Positions 12,156-24,660 of a DNA stretch of 44,229 nt are shown one piece after another. A program made the translations under genes and the position numbers. Source of the DNA: Octopus bimaculoides (Eukaryota); contig NC_068982.1 of the NCBI RefSeq assembly GCF_001194135.2, positions 67,468,497-67,512,725 of the forward strand. Direction: 5' to 3'. Within the stretch, counting starts at the first letter, position 1. Every line of letters begins with the position of its first letter. The notes beneath the pieces are model-generated. The model made no database searches. It had not been told where the DNA came from and saw only the letters and a list, made by a program, of their open reading frames with translations.

Positions 12156-12662
12156 TTAACTGTTTAGCATTTAAATAGGCTGTGAAGGTGTTGTGCTCAC
12201 AATCATAAGATAGTATGTTCAATTCTCGAACCGGACCATGTGTTGTGTTCTTGAGCAAAACACTTTTTCATGTTGCTCCAGTTCACTTACTGTAGAAATG
12301 AGATGCGGCGTCACTGGAACCAACTTGTATCGGCCTATACCTTTCCCTTGGATAACATCGGTGGTGTGGAGAGGGGAGGTTGGTATGCACGGGCAACCTT
12401 GCCTGGACTTGTGCTATGGAGGGGTGCAATCACATGGTCATTCATGACCGAAGGGGGTCTTTATTTAAACAGGCCATATCCAGCCCAAATATTCTACCTG
12501 TTTTATGTTCAAACTGGTCAGATCTGGCCTCTCACACCAACCTTACAATATCATTCTAAAAGTTCAAAATCTCAAAGCTACAAGAAAATGCAAGATAAAT
12601 CCAAAACATGTGAATAAATAAGCTTTACTTTTGACAGAGTAATGTGAACACTAAAGGGGTTA
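12156..12662. mobile_element. piggyBac-type MITE (ttaac...ggggttaa) interrupted by a SINE at 12181-12462
   Basis: ttaactgtttagc at 12156 and actaaaggggttaa ending at 12662 are imperfect TIRs with TTAA. The insert is flanked by atttaaa(t/c)aggc direct repeats. Confidence 0.7.
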
Positions 12663-12801
12663 ATGTCATGTCCAGGATAAAATTCCTTACTTTGTACTTA
12701 ATTTGACAATGGATACAATTAGTAGTTTATTAATCTGAGCTTGTTTGTCATTGAAATTTCATTTTTTTTTTTTCTTTGATGTTTTCTATTTCTAATATTA
12801 G

Positions 12802-12927
<126 letters not shown>

Positions 12928-13119
12928 NNNNNNNNNNNNNNNNNNNNNNNNNNNNNNNNNNNNNNNNNNNNNNNNNNNNNNNNNNNNNNNNNNNNNNNNN
13001 NNNNNNNNNNNNNNNNNNNNNNNNNNNNNNNNNNNNNNNNNNNNNNNNNNNNNNNNNNNNNNNNNNNNNNNNNNNNNNNNNNNNNNNNNNNNNNNNNNNN
13101 NNNNNNNNNNNNNNNNNNN

Positions 13120-13285
13120 CAGGACTTATTCTTTGTAAGCCCAGTACTTATTCTATCGGTCTCTTTTGCCGAACCGCTAAGTTATGGGGACGTAAACACA
13201 CCAGCATTGGTTGTCAAGCGATGTTGCGGGGACAAACACAGACACACAAACATATACACACACACACATATACATATTATTATAT

Positions 13286-13321
<36 letters not shown>

Positions 13322-13460
13322 GACTGGCTTCTTTCAGTTTCCGTCTACCAAATCCACTGACAAGGCTTTGGTTGGCCCAAGGCTATTGTAGAAGACACTT
13401 GCCTAAGGTGCCACGCAGTGGGACTGAACCCGGAACCATTATGGTTGGTAAGCAAAGCCA
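13120..13460 (-). mobile_element. tRNA-head SINE with internal microsatellite
   Basis: Same family as 476-854 and 1373-1699. Confidence 0.8.
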
Positions 13461-14628
13461 AAGAAACTGATTGGAACATGAACATTATATTACCAGCAGT
13501 AATAAACAATGCTTTGGAATGTCAATATTCATGCACATTTGTTAACACAAATATGCATATGCATACACATCATCATCACTATTTAATGTCCATTGTCCAT
13601 GCTAGCAGGGGTTGGACAGTGACCAGTGCTGGTTAGCTGGTGGGGCTGCACCAGACTCCAGTCTGATTTGGCATGGTCTCTATAGCTGGATACCCTTCAT
13701 AATGTCAACCATTTTATAGAGTGTTCTGGGTGCTTTTATGTGGCACTGCATGGATGCTTTTACATGATGTTTATAAATTCATACATATGCAATGGGATTC
13801 TTATAGTTGCTATCTACCAACTTCAGTCATAAAGAAATTGTTTGGTTCAGAACTATAATGCAAATCATTTCTCCCAAGATGCTGCACAATGAGAATGAAG
13901 CCAAAACCACTTGGTTCTTCTTTGGTTGCAAAGTTAGCTTCTTAACCAGATGGTTTTTTAGTATTTTTAAGTGATTTAGTGGATTAAGTTTAAAATGATT
14001 AAAGTGACACTCATGGTTGCTAGATGATGGTTTTGATTTTTAGGCCAGGCAGTGCATTGTATTGAGCAAAACACTTCAGTTTATGCTACTCTGTAATCAG
14101 TTTGATCTGTGGCACAATGTGCACCTGTACAGGTAATGTCAATTTAATGGAGAGAGATAGAGAGGGCTAATGCATAGCACAAACATTTGATCACTGTGAA
14201 CAAATCATTAGTGCAGGTTGTTCATCTTGAAGTTGATGAAGCCCTATCTGTTTTTTATGACAGGAGAGTCCACATATGTGGGTGTGAGAGTGAGTGTGTG
14301 TATATTTGTGTTTCCTTGTCATAACTTCCCATGATAGTTGTAAATGAGTGTCACCGTGATGCAAGCAGTGTCATTTATTTCCAATATGCTGCAAAAACAT
14401 ATTTTGTCTATGGAGAAAATTTTAACTTGCTTGGAAACCGGTAAGGGTTAGTGACAAGATAGGCATCTGGCTGTAGAAAATCTGAATAAACTATGTCCAA
14501 CCCATGCAGTCATAGAAAAGTGGACATAAAAATGATAATGTGATTGAAAATTTGTATAATTCTTATATTTGTTACTGATGACTAAATTATTTATAATATA
14601 AATTTAATTTCTCTTTTATAATTTCTAG

Positions 14629-14751
14629 AGTAGATTAGAAATCTTACAGATTTACACACGTAAGATGAAACTTAGTGGTGTTGATCTGGAAGTTCTGGCA
14701 AAACAAACTGTGAATTTCACTGGAGCTGATATATGTAATCTTTGTCAACAG
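14629..14751 (+). CDS. SPATA5L1: SPATA5L1/AFG2B-like, window exon 6 (D2 lid)
   Basis: tttctag| acceptor at 14628, SRLEILQIYTRKMKLSGVDLEVLAKQTVNFTGADICNLCQQ, donor |gtaaaa at 14752, 41 codons. Not in the ORF track; found by manual translation. Confidence 0.92.
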
Positions 14752-14884
14752 GTAAAAAGAATTTCCCTCTTTCAGAGTCTCCTTTGTAACTTGAACGAAT
14801 GTTAGTGCTTGTTATAGTTTCAGTTATCACTCAAGTCATTATAATTCCTTCTCACTAATTAGTTTTTATTTTCTTTCCTTCAAG

Positions 14885-15058
14885 GCTGCTTTGCTTGCAG
14901 TTCAGGAAGAAGGATTCTCTGTGAAGACAGTCACCATGCAGAATTTTCTAGATGCACTCAATACCCGTGGTTCATCTCTGTCTGAACATTTCATTCGCCA
15001 GTATGAAGAAACAAAGACTAAATTTGCTCGACTCACTGGGAAACATAAACATTTATAA
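14885..15058 (+). CDS. SPATA5L1: SPATA5L1/AFG2B-like, last coding exon
   Basis: ttccttcaag| acceptor at 14884, AALLAVQEEGFSVKTVTMQNFLDALNTRGSSLSEHFIRQYEETKTKFARLTGKHKHL*, TAA at 15056-15058. Matches the recalled human [25 protein letters not shown] pattern. Confidence 0.92.
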   Translation, partial: AALLAVQEEGFSVKTVTMQNFLDALNTRGSSLSEHFIRQYEETKTKFARLTGKHKHL

Positions 15059-15509
15059 AATTCCCATCAATCAGAGAGAAAGAAAAGAGAAAAAATAATG
15101 CAAGGATGAAATGTGTTCATGCAGAGTATTTTGTGGTCTAATAGAGAATATTTGAGTTTTCGTAGATGTAAAATGCATTTTGCATTCGTATTATTAACAT
15201 ATCAATTCTCTATTACCATATTTAATTAGGCTTGGCAGTCTAATTTATCTTTCCCATCATTTAATATATATTTTTTTTATGTTTTCTATTTAGAATTGAT
15301 ATCAATTCATTTTCATTTTCTTTTTGTTACTGCTGGAACATTTTATTAATTTTGTAGCTCATATCTAAACTGATTTTTATTTTTTTATTTTCGTAGTTAT
15401 TGCAATTCTTGTTTACAAAATGGTAAAGTTGGTGTAGTTTGTAGTGTTAATTTAAATACTCTTTGGTACCTATTTCAAGATTCAAATCCTGGTGAGGTCA
15501 GCTTTTAAT

Positions 15510-15750
15510 TTCAATCCCAAGTGGTTAGGGCAATGTACTCTTGATTGTAAGATTGTGGTTTTGATCCCTGGACCAGGTGCTGGTTCGTGGACTTGAGCAC
15601 ACTTCATTTCATGTTGCTCAAGTTTGCTCAGCTGTGAACGAGTTCCAGCAATAGCTGGGAATTTAACCCTGTGATGAATCAACACCCCGTTCAACTTCAG
15701 CAGGAATTGTAATCTCAGCCACTTATACACCTTAGAAACCGAATTAAACC
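15510..15750 (+). mobile_element. tRNA-head SINE, a different family
   Basis: gtggttagggc...ttgatccctggacc...ttgagcac...ttgctc...cagctgtgaacgag...aaccctgtgatg resembles a conserved SINE central domain. Confidence 0.6.
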
Positions 15751-15959
15751 CTATCCACATGAGCCCCAGAGCTCCTGACAAATTGAAGAAGATGGATGAA
15801 AAGTTTCTGTGATTTTCTTTTGATTTTGGTAATTGTGTATTTTACTGTAGATTCATTGTAATTTACGTTTTTTTTTTTTTTGTAAACGATTTTTATAAAA
15901 AAACTTTGGTATATACTTTTTTGCAAGTACAGTTTATACAAGTTTTAATGATATTCTTC

Positions 15960-16330
15960 GCTGACGTTTATGCCAAATCCAGTTTGGTACTGGATGGATG
16001 GTGAGCAGATACTCTTTTGAATGAGATTGTAGTTCAGAAGGGCAGAGACCATTGTAGTTGTGATAAGATGAACTGATACATCTGCAAGATTGCAATGTGT
16101 AGCCAACCAAGTTGAAAGGTCCTCTACACTCTGGGCAGTTTATGACTGGTATTGTGTGTTTAGATGTTGAGATTGCATGTGCAAAAGATTAAGGAGATGT
16201 GAAAAGTGATATAATTTGTATAAGAGTGTGTGTTTGAGGGGATTGCATGTCAGTCATTAATGTGGAGAAGGAAGAGGGTGAAAGACATTACCAAATCCTT
16301 GGACACTCAGAGATGATGAAATGCAGGTTG
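15960..16330 (+). mobile_element. Highly decayed RTE LINE fragment
   Basis: Only faint similarity to VQERRLRWYGHV...VEG.CGRGR remains. Confidence 0.35.
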
Positions 16331-17647
16331 GAGAGAGCTTTATCATTGTATTGGTGTGGATCTCTTTTCTACTCTAGGCACAAGGCCCAAAATTTTTTGG
16401 GAGGGGGCCAGTCGATTAGATCGACTCCAGTATGCAACTGGTACTTGATTTATCAAGCATTTCATCCGGCATGCTAACGTTTCTGCCAGCTTGTCGCCTT
16501 ACAGGTGTGGATTTCTGATCCAGAATGGGAGATAACAGAGTCCATAAGTGAGCAACTTAGATGAACAGTTCTCATTCCAGCCATGATTCAAAGTTTTGCT
16601 GATGTCAAGAGGGATGACATTACTCTGGTCTAAGTTCTGAAGTACAAGTGATTTCTGAAGCACTCGGGGGCAAGTATGGTTTTGTAAAGAAATTTGCTTT
16701 GCAACTATTTAGTTTCAGAGTTGATGACACTGCATGGTACCTTGGCCTTATGTTTTCTACTATAGCCTCTTATTGACCAATTACCTGGGGTGTGGAATTT
16801 GGTAGATAACACCTGCAGAAGAAGCCATTTATATATATGTGTAAAATTTTTTATCTTAAAGCCATTATATGTTTGGGAAGAATTTAGACACATATTTGTG
16901 CAACTCTCACTGCTAGAAATCCAATAACCCAGTGATTTGTCCTGTTATCAGTGACACTGTTCACCAATTGCTGTAGAAAATCTAATCAAACTGCCTGTAG
17001 ATCTGGAGCTATGGTAGCCATACTAGTGTTTGCTGTGGGGTGAAGGAGAAGGTGAATGTTTACAATGGTTTCCATTTCCTTTGAAATGTGGAGTTGATAG
17101 TTTTAGATCAGTAGGTGGCTGGAGAAGAAAGGTTGCAGCACTAATGCATTGCAAAACTTAGGTTTCTAAAATTCAGGATTGATTTTGGAGACCTGATTAA
17201 AGAATTTTGGTACAGATTTCTTAGGCCTCTCTAGCTAGTGTGCTTCTCTAACTATGCTTATGATATTAAATCTCTCCACAGCAAGGTAATTAAACATTCA
17301 TTAAATATACAGTGCTTCAGCAGTAAACTCTAGCAGTTTGAGTGTCAATCAAACTATCTGTAACTATGAAGAGTTCATAGTATATAGCTTAAACTAGCTT
17401 GCTTTGACTATCAAAGGAAGTTTACTTTTAATCATTGCAAAAGTGTGTTGTCTTGGAACAGTTCTGCCCCAACAAAGTATACGCAATCAACTAGGATCCC
17501 TTGTACCTCCTGAGTATGGATATGGAAAAAAAAAAAAAGAATGTGTGTCTGTTTGGCTAAAAGGAAAGGATTATGTAAATGGACTAAATATGAACTTTAC
17601 TTTTTACTTGGTGGTGGATCTAATTACTATTGAATTTTGAGATGTAC

Positions 17648-17666
17648 ACACGCACGCACACACACG

Positions 17667-17722
<56 letters not shown>
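17648..17722. repeat. (CA)n/(CACG)n microsatellite
   Basis: Directly visible; one of many AT, CA and ATCT arrays in the window. Confidence 0.95.
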
Positions 17723-17725
<3 letters not shown>

Positions 17726-19859
17726 GTACTCACTGTATTTGATGACACATAAGATGCACTGTTCCAAAAATATGTCTTGAAAAATACCACCCTAAGTCCT
17801 TATGCAAAAGTGAGCCTCCCTGAAGCTAATTTCACCCTTGACACTCACTTTTTTTTCTGAATATGTGCTGCTGAAATTAGGGTGCCTCTTTTCTGCCATC
17901 AAATGTGGTATATGATATGAAATCGTAAATGTTTGTTTGCCAAATATTTGCTGTAAGGACATATGATTCTTTTCTAATTGAACCTCTTAACATTGTTAAA
18001 TCTTTAATTCTTGATCATTGATCTAAATATCTAATTGTCCATTAACTTATGCCCTTATATTTTCCCATCATGCATCTCATCTATGTCATAATTGTTCTCT
18101 CATATTGCTCATTACAGATAAAGTTTTATTGCATAATCTCATTTGCTAATTTTTTGACTAATATGTCACTGTCCAGCTCTTAAACATCTTAGTTAATGAA
18201 TACTAAACGACCTGCAACTTAAAAAAAAATCTTTTTATATATTACTGTTTTCCTTGTCTCAGAACTGATCTCTACTGCTGACATATTTGTTCCAGCAGAG
18301 ATAACTTTCATTCATCAGTATTCCTTGTCCTTCAATCTCTGTGATACTTCTATCTTTCCATTGTTAACGAAGGCAAGTGGATCTAAATATTTTCCAATAA
18401 ACTCCCAGTGACACTCATAACACTAGATATCTCATATCTCAATCACATCAAACATTGTCAAAACTTCTTTGTTGTCTTTATTTTATATTTAATTTCTTGC
18501 CAACCATTTTTCTCATTCCTTCAAGATATGTCTGTTGCTTAACTGATCCATTGCCATCCAAAACTGATCAGAGATTTACAGCCAGACATCAGGCATCTCT
18601 AAGAATCATTCAGCTGCATTATATATATATATATTCTCTAATTCTTTATCATTTAATGTTCATCTGTACTTTATGCTTAAGGCTCTGTTTATGTTAAATT
18701 TGACTTTACTGCATTCGTGAAAACTGTATCACCCTGGGATAAACTTTGTATTTTATATTTCTTTGTTGCTCTGGTCAGGACAAAATGCATGTGGAATGTG
18801 ACCAGCTGGCTGGCTGGGTTCCTGCGTTTTGTTTTATAATGGTAAAATTTTGTTATACCAAAAGTTTTAGTTTCATTGCATTCCTGACACAACAAGGAGA
18901 AGCCATGATAACATTGATTGTGGTCATGTTTGAAGAGTTTTCACTAGTGTCATGAATGAAATCCTTGTCTGTTAGTCTTACTTGTGGGTGGGTATGGTAG
19001 TGGCTTTCATACTGTTAATAATGCAGTTCTATCATTTCATTAACTCTCCCAATTAGAGTACAGTATGATTATTATGGTACCATTTTAAGAAAGTTATTTT
19101 CCCAGATTTACATAAGAGTGAATTCTTTGAAGCTGTAATTCTATTAATTATGAGCTTTCATGACACTCAAACAATTTCACTTCAGACTGATTGTTTTTCT
19201 GAATGGAACATTGGTAAGTAAGGGTGGGAGAAATTTGAGACAGGAATAGAGAACAGTAATATTGAATTTCTTCAACAAATGGTGGAACATGAACTTATAC
19301 ATGATTGGAAAATACTATTTATTAATGATGTTACTTGTGTATGTCATAAAATGAAAACTATAAAGTATTCATAAATAAATAATGGCGTTTGTGTATTTTT
19401 GTGTAAGTGTGGAAAGAGTGAAAGCGTCAAATCTAAACGAAAGGAATACATTTTTATGAGAATGTTTTATCTTTATTCTTTTCTATTGCTTCCCACAGTA
19501 ATTGTGTGGATAATGACTTCAGAATATTTATTTTCATGCATTTGTGTTTGTGTGCCTATAACAATTAATGAAATCCTGTGCATTGTTCCTGCTTGTATAC
19601 GAGATGATGCTCACATTTTGCAATCGGCAGAACAACAAATTATGTGCTCAAGTAATTAATGTGAACAAAATGTAGTTGCCTATAGTGATAATTATGCTAA
19701 TTATGCAGTTATTATTCATGTAATTTTGTTACCGGACGGAAAAACTTGCACAAAATTTTTGCTGAGACTCTACTAAAAATTAGAGGAAAAGTTGCCTCAT
19801 ATAATAACATGCACTGATGCATTGGAAGTGTGTTTAGTCAGATATAATTGTTTGGGAGG

Positions 19860-20400
19860 TTATGTTGAAGTGGATTTAGGAAATGGAAGATGTGAAAATT
19901 CAACAGACCTGTTGAATGGAGAAAGTAGAGCAAAATCAGTGATGGTGGCTGAAAGACCTTCATAGTCCTGTGCCATTCTAATGAGAGAAGTGTCACTGAA
20001 ACTGACGAGAAAAAGTTATTCAGCATGTATGTGAAATGCTATGATTTATTGGAGTGAAATATGGTTTTTGAACATACAGCATCGGAAATGAGGATGGCGC
20101 CACGAACCAGAAGAGTATCACTGAGAGAGTGAGAGAGAAAACTACAATGAAATGCAGAGGATAATGGGAGTTGAACCAGTGGTAGGGAAACGAGGGGAGA
20201 TAGTTGAGTCATGTACTGAAGAAAGATGAAGCTGACTGGGTGAGAGAAGTAATGGAAGTAGTGGAATGGCAAGACTGATTGAAAAACTATGGTTAAAGAT
20301 GGTGGCGGAGGAAATGAGGGCAAGGGGGTTAGTGAAGGAGCTATTGAGGACAATCAAATTGAGAATATTGTAGGACCATACACAGAACAGAAACACTCGA
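19860..20400 (+). mobile_element. Decayed RTE-clade LINE ORF2 C-terminus
   Basis: Fragments ILMREVSLKL, YSACM*NAMIYWSEIW, MGVEPVV and SHVLKKDEADWVREVMEV parallel the RTE LYGSETW...RLRWFGHVLR region. Confidence 0.72.
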
Positions 20401-21406
20401 AAGTGACCTCCGAATTTTACATTGTTGGCTATTATAGTGTACTTGTAAAGTCAACAATCTAGAAATTACACGATCAGGATTTTTCATGAAAAAAGTGCGC
20501 CTTATACACGAATGTGTATTGTATATAGGAACTCATAAACCTGATTGACACAATAGGTCTGTGTAAGCTTACAAAATTCTCCACAAACTGCCTGTATGTG
20601 AGTATCTCTAATATTCTTTGCACAGATATGCAAATGTCATTACTACATAAAAGCGTAGGTGCGACTGTGTGGTAAGAAGTTTGCTTCCCAACCACATGGT
20701 TCCGGGTTCAGTCCCACAGCACCGTTGTGTGTGTTTGTATCCTATCACCGCTTAACAACCGGTGTTTGTGTGGTTACGTCACCGTAACTTAGCGGTTCGA
20801 CAAAAGCGACTAATCGAATAAGTACCACGTTTAAATAAGTACAGGGATCGATTCATTCGATTAAAATTATTCAAGATGGTGCTCCAGCATAGCCGCAGTC
20901 TAATGACTGAAACAAAACATTATCAAGACGAAGGGAATGTGCACACGATGGCTTATTTCGGCTTACGTCTTCCAAATTTCACTCAAGGTATAGAAGACAC
21001 TTGACAGTGTCCATGCAATGAGAACAAAACCTACGACCATTTGGTTCCGAAGCGAACTTCTTAACTACACAGCCATGCTTGCGCCTTATAGCAAGTGTAA
21101 ATTCATAGATTGGGTCGCTTTCAAAGAAGTTGACTATAAATTTTGAATGAAATATTTTTATTTGTTGGTAGATGTCTCCTATATCTTTTCACATTCAATA
21201 TAGAATGGTTAATTCAAAATGGAATAATTCCATCTAAAACGAGAATGATTCCCTTCAAAATGAAAATAAATAATTACAGTATTTATTATTTTCATTTTAA
21301 ATGGAATTATTCTCGTGTTGGATAGAATCTAAAACGAATGGAGTTATTCTCATACTGAATGTGAAATGGTATAGTCCAGGATTTCTTTTCTGATTCAGTT
21401 TACTAT

Positions 21407-21825
21407 ATCATCATCATCATTTAACGTCTGTTGCTTATGCTGGCATGGGTTGGATGGTATGACCAAGGCTAGTAAGCTGAAGGGCTGCACCAGATTCCAG
21501 TTTGATTTGACATGGATTCTACGAGTGAATGCCCTTTGTAACGCTAACTACTCCGAGAGTGTAATGGGTGCCAGTTGTGACACAAGTATCTGCCACGACT
21601 ACGATTTCACTTGGCTTGATGGGTCTTCTACTGAAGCACGGCATATTGTCAAAGGTCTCAGTCATTTGTCATTGCCTCCGTGAAGCCCAACACTCGAAAG
21701 GTGCTTTTTTACGGGTGCCAGTTACGTGACATTGGCATAAGCCACGACTACGATTTGACTTAGTTTGACGGATCTTTTCAAGCACGGCATATCGCCAAAG
21801 GTCTCGGTCACTAACCATTTCAGAT
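21407..21825 (-). mobile_element. RTE-derived element 3' end with (GAT)n tail and an internal tandem duplication
   Basis: atcatcatc tail at 21407. The block ccacgactacgattt...cacggcatat...aaaggtctc.gtca occurs twice (about 21592-21665 and 21742-21812). Confidence 0.75.
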
Positions 21826-22307
21826 GCATTTATATTTTAGTGGAAAGTTTATTGCGAATGTTTTACCAATTCTCTTCATGGGAATGTGTGAATATACATG
21901 GCTATGTGGTTAAGAAAACTGATTTGCAACCATGCAGTTTCGAGTTCAGTCCCATAGCATAACATCTTGGGCATGGGTCTACAATAGTTCGGGCCGACCA
22001 ATGCCTTGTGTGTGAATTTGATAGGCAGAAACTGTGAAAATCCATCGTCTGTGTGTGTATATATATATATAATGTAAATATATGCATATATTCATACATA
22101 TATGTACATACATCTGTATGTATACATACATGCATACATGGGTACAGGACATTAAAAAAATGTTATAATACGCGACTTCGTTGGAACAGTCCTTCCCGTA
22201 AAGCAAATTAAATAAAATTTGGAATTTTTTGCGGAGGGTGAAAATGTTAACAAGAGCAGGACAGTGAGAACAAGACAATAAAAACGATAGAAAAATTATT
22301 ATGAACG

Positions 22308-22354
<47 letters not shown>

Positions 22355-22418
22355 TATAAACAATATATGAGTATATGCATATATATGTACATGTATATAT
22401 ATATATATATATATAATA

Positions 22419-22660
22419 TGTGACAATTATTCGGTAGCCATGATAAAACTCCGAGTTTCGGATGTCGGGGCGGAAACCCACGCCGGCATCTCTTCAGTTA
22501 TCGGGCCATCAAAACGCCCCGACATCCGAAACTCGGAGTTTTATCATGGCTACGAATAATTGCCACATTATATTTACAGATAAATTCCTCTATTTACATA
22601 ATATCGAGGTCTCTTTCATTCTTTTGTTGTCTTACCATTTCTATCAATATATATATATAT
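22419..22660 (-). mobile_element. Penelope-like element terminal (pLTR) relic with inverted arms
   Basis: About 54-bp inverted repeat (22419-22472 / 22515-22567) enclosing and overlapping the hammerhead motif. Confidence 0.6.
22442..22502 (-). ncRNA. Minimal type I hammerhead ribozyme motif (Penelope-type)
   Basis: The minus strand reads GATAA-CTGAAGA-[GATGCCGGCG..CGCCCCGACATCC]-GAAA-CTCGGAG-TT|TTATC: intact core, 5-bp helix I, bulged helix II and a near-palindromic helix III. Confidence 0.65.
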
Positions 22661-22977
22661 AACATTTTAATGTTATCTCTACAGATTTTCTACAGAAAAT
22701 AGAGCCAGTACTGAAAGTTAAGACGTTTCGTTCGCGAATACGTCTATGTAAACAATGCGATCGAAGATAGAAAAATAGGTAATGGGTGTGTATGCATATT
22801 TCAAGAGTTGTTGATTCCTCTTCAGCATCACAGCCAATCTATTGACCATCCACGAACATATTGATAAATTGCCTACAAGTATAGCAGTATAACACAATTG
22901 GATATACCAACTTTACATATTAAACATATTCCTGGTACTTTGTACGTACATACTAATTACTGGTAGGAACACTGCAT

Positions 22978-23378
22978 AATTAGACGCATCAATATATAAA
23001 ATATATTAAATACATCAAGTACAATGTATATATATACATATCAAAAGAACCAACCTATACAGAGTACAAATGATAGAAAATTAATGGGGTGGAAGGAAGA
23101 TATTACAATTCCAACAACTGTTTCTAGGGGCTTGGCGATATATAATGTTTGTAAATTTAGCCCAGCAGAAAATGCGGCCGTATGGATGCATTTAACATAG
23201 GATGAGATGAATCTCCGTCTTCATATACAGCTGTTGGACTTGTAATACCTTTCTTCCACCCCTTTAATTTTCTCTATCATTTGTACTCTGTGGAAGTTGG
23301 TGCTTTTTATATGTATACATATATACATATTTCGTATTTGACGTATTTAATATATTTTATATATTGATGCGTCTAATT
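22978..23378. repeat. Long inverted repeat (arms about 145 bp, loop about 107 nt), probable Penelope-type fold-back
   Basis: 22978-23120 matches the reverse complement of 23228-23378 with scattered mismatches. The inner ends sit on caactg/cagctg. Confidence 0.85.
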
Positions 23379-24249
23379 TACTTATCCCCATATTTGATTC
23401 TATACCCGCTCAACTTGATCCCTCTTATGCCTTCTTTACCTTGTAGAATATCCCCTGCAAAGACATCGGAATCTAAGTTTGAATCTTTTGAGCTATACTA
23501 AGTGTATTCTATACGGAAAATATCTGGATCTCATCTGTGAACTATTCATTTATTAATTTATTTGTTTCAGTCATTTGACTGCGATACTTGAGCACCGCCT
23601 TTAGTCGAACAAATCGACCCCAGGACTTATTCTTTGTAAGCCTAGTACTTTCCTATTGGTCTGTTTTGCCGAATTGCTAAGTTACACACCAACATTGGTT
23701 GTCAAGCGATAGTGGCAGGGGGGACAAGCACATACACACAAATATATACGTACATACATACATACACACACACACACNNNNNNNNNNGCTTTATTCAGTT
23801 TCCGTCTACGAAATCCACTTACAAGGCTTTGGTCGGCCCATGGCTATAGTAGAAGACACTTGCCCAAGGTGTCACGTAGTGGAGTTGAACTCGGAACCAT
23901 GTGGTTGGGAAGCAAGCTTCTTACCACACAGCCATGCTGCACCTATATATATCTCTCTCTCTATGTGTGTGTGTGTGTGAGTGAGTGTTTATCTTTGTTC
24001 TTCACTAATACTTGACAACAAGTGTAGGTTTTTTTACACCCCAGTACCTAGTGGTACGGCAAAAGAGGCCGATAGAAGTACCAGGCATAAAATAAGTACT
24101 GGCGTCGACCATACCTCTCAAGGTAGAGCGCACGCACGGCTACATTTTAATAACTGAAACGCGTAAAAAAATAGAAGTTTTTCTATTTTGTTTCCGGGCA
24201 CCATTCCTATTGATTCTATACTGAATATAGTTTTAGAGACAACATCATG

Positions 24250-24660
24250 CAACATGGAAAGGAATTTCTTAATGTTCTTTTTCGATGATTACCGCTCACG
24301 TATAATGATTAACTCGTGTAATCAACATCTTGGTTTGCATCTTTTGGCTGTAAGAGATTTAGTTTTTTTGTTCAGCATATATCTTAGTAACTGCCCAATG
24401 AAACGCTAAATCCATGAGTCCAAAATATTAATATTCTCGCTGATATTTCATTTCAATCTTGAGTTATTAGGAAGCTTTTTTTTAACGTTTGCTGTTTCCA
24501 TTCTGGCATGAGTTCAACAATAATTCTTGTGGAAGTATTCTGCTGTTAAATGCTGCTTCTAATAACAGCCTTTAGCTTCTTAAGGAATCTACTTTATTCC
24601 ACTGGCTTCACATCGTACTACCGAAGTATGGGACATTGATGATGCAGGTCTTAAACAGAT
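24250..24660 (-). mobile_element. Decayed RTE-type LINE fragment
   Basis: Minus-strand LFKTCIINVPYFGSTM resembles LFKA.VES.LLYGSETW; the rest is heavily degraded. Confidence 0.4.

Noticed and set aside
15059-15480. 3'UTR end / polyadenylation signal of the ATPase gene
   Set aside because: No clear AATAAA found near the stop, so the transcript end cannot be placed from sequence alone.
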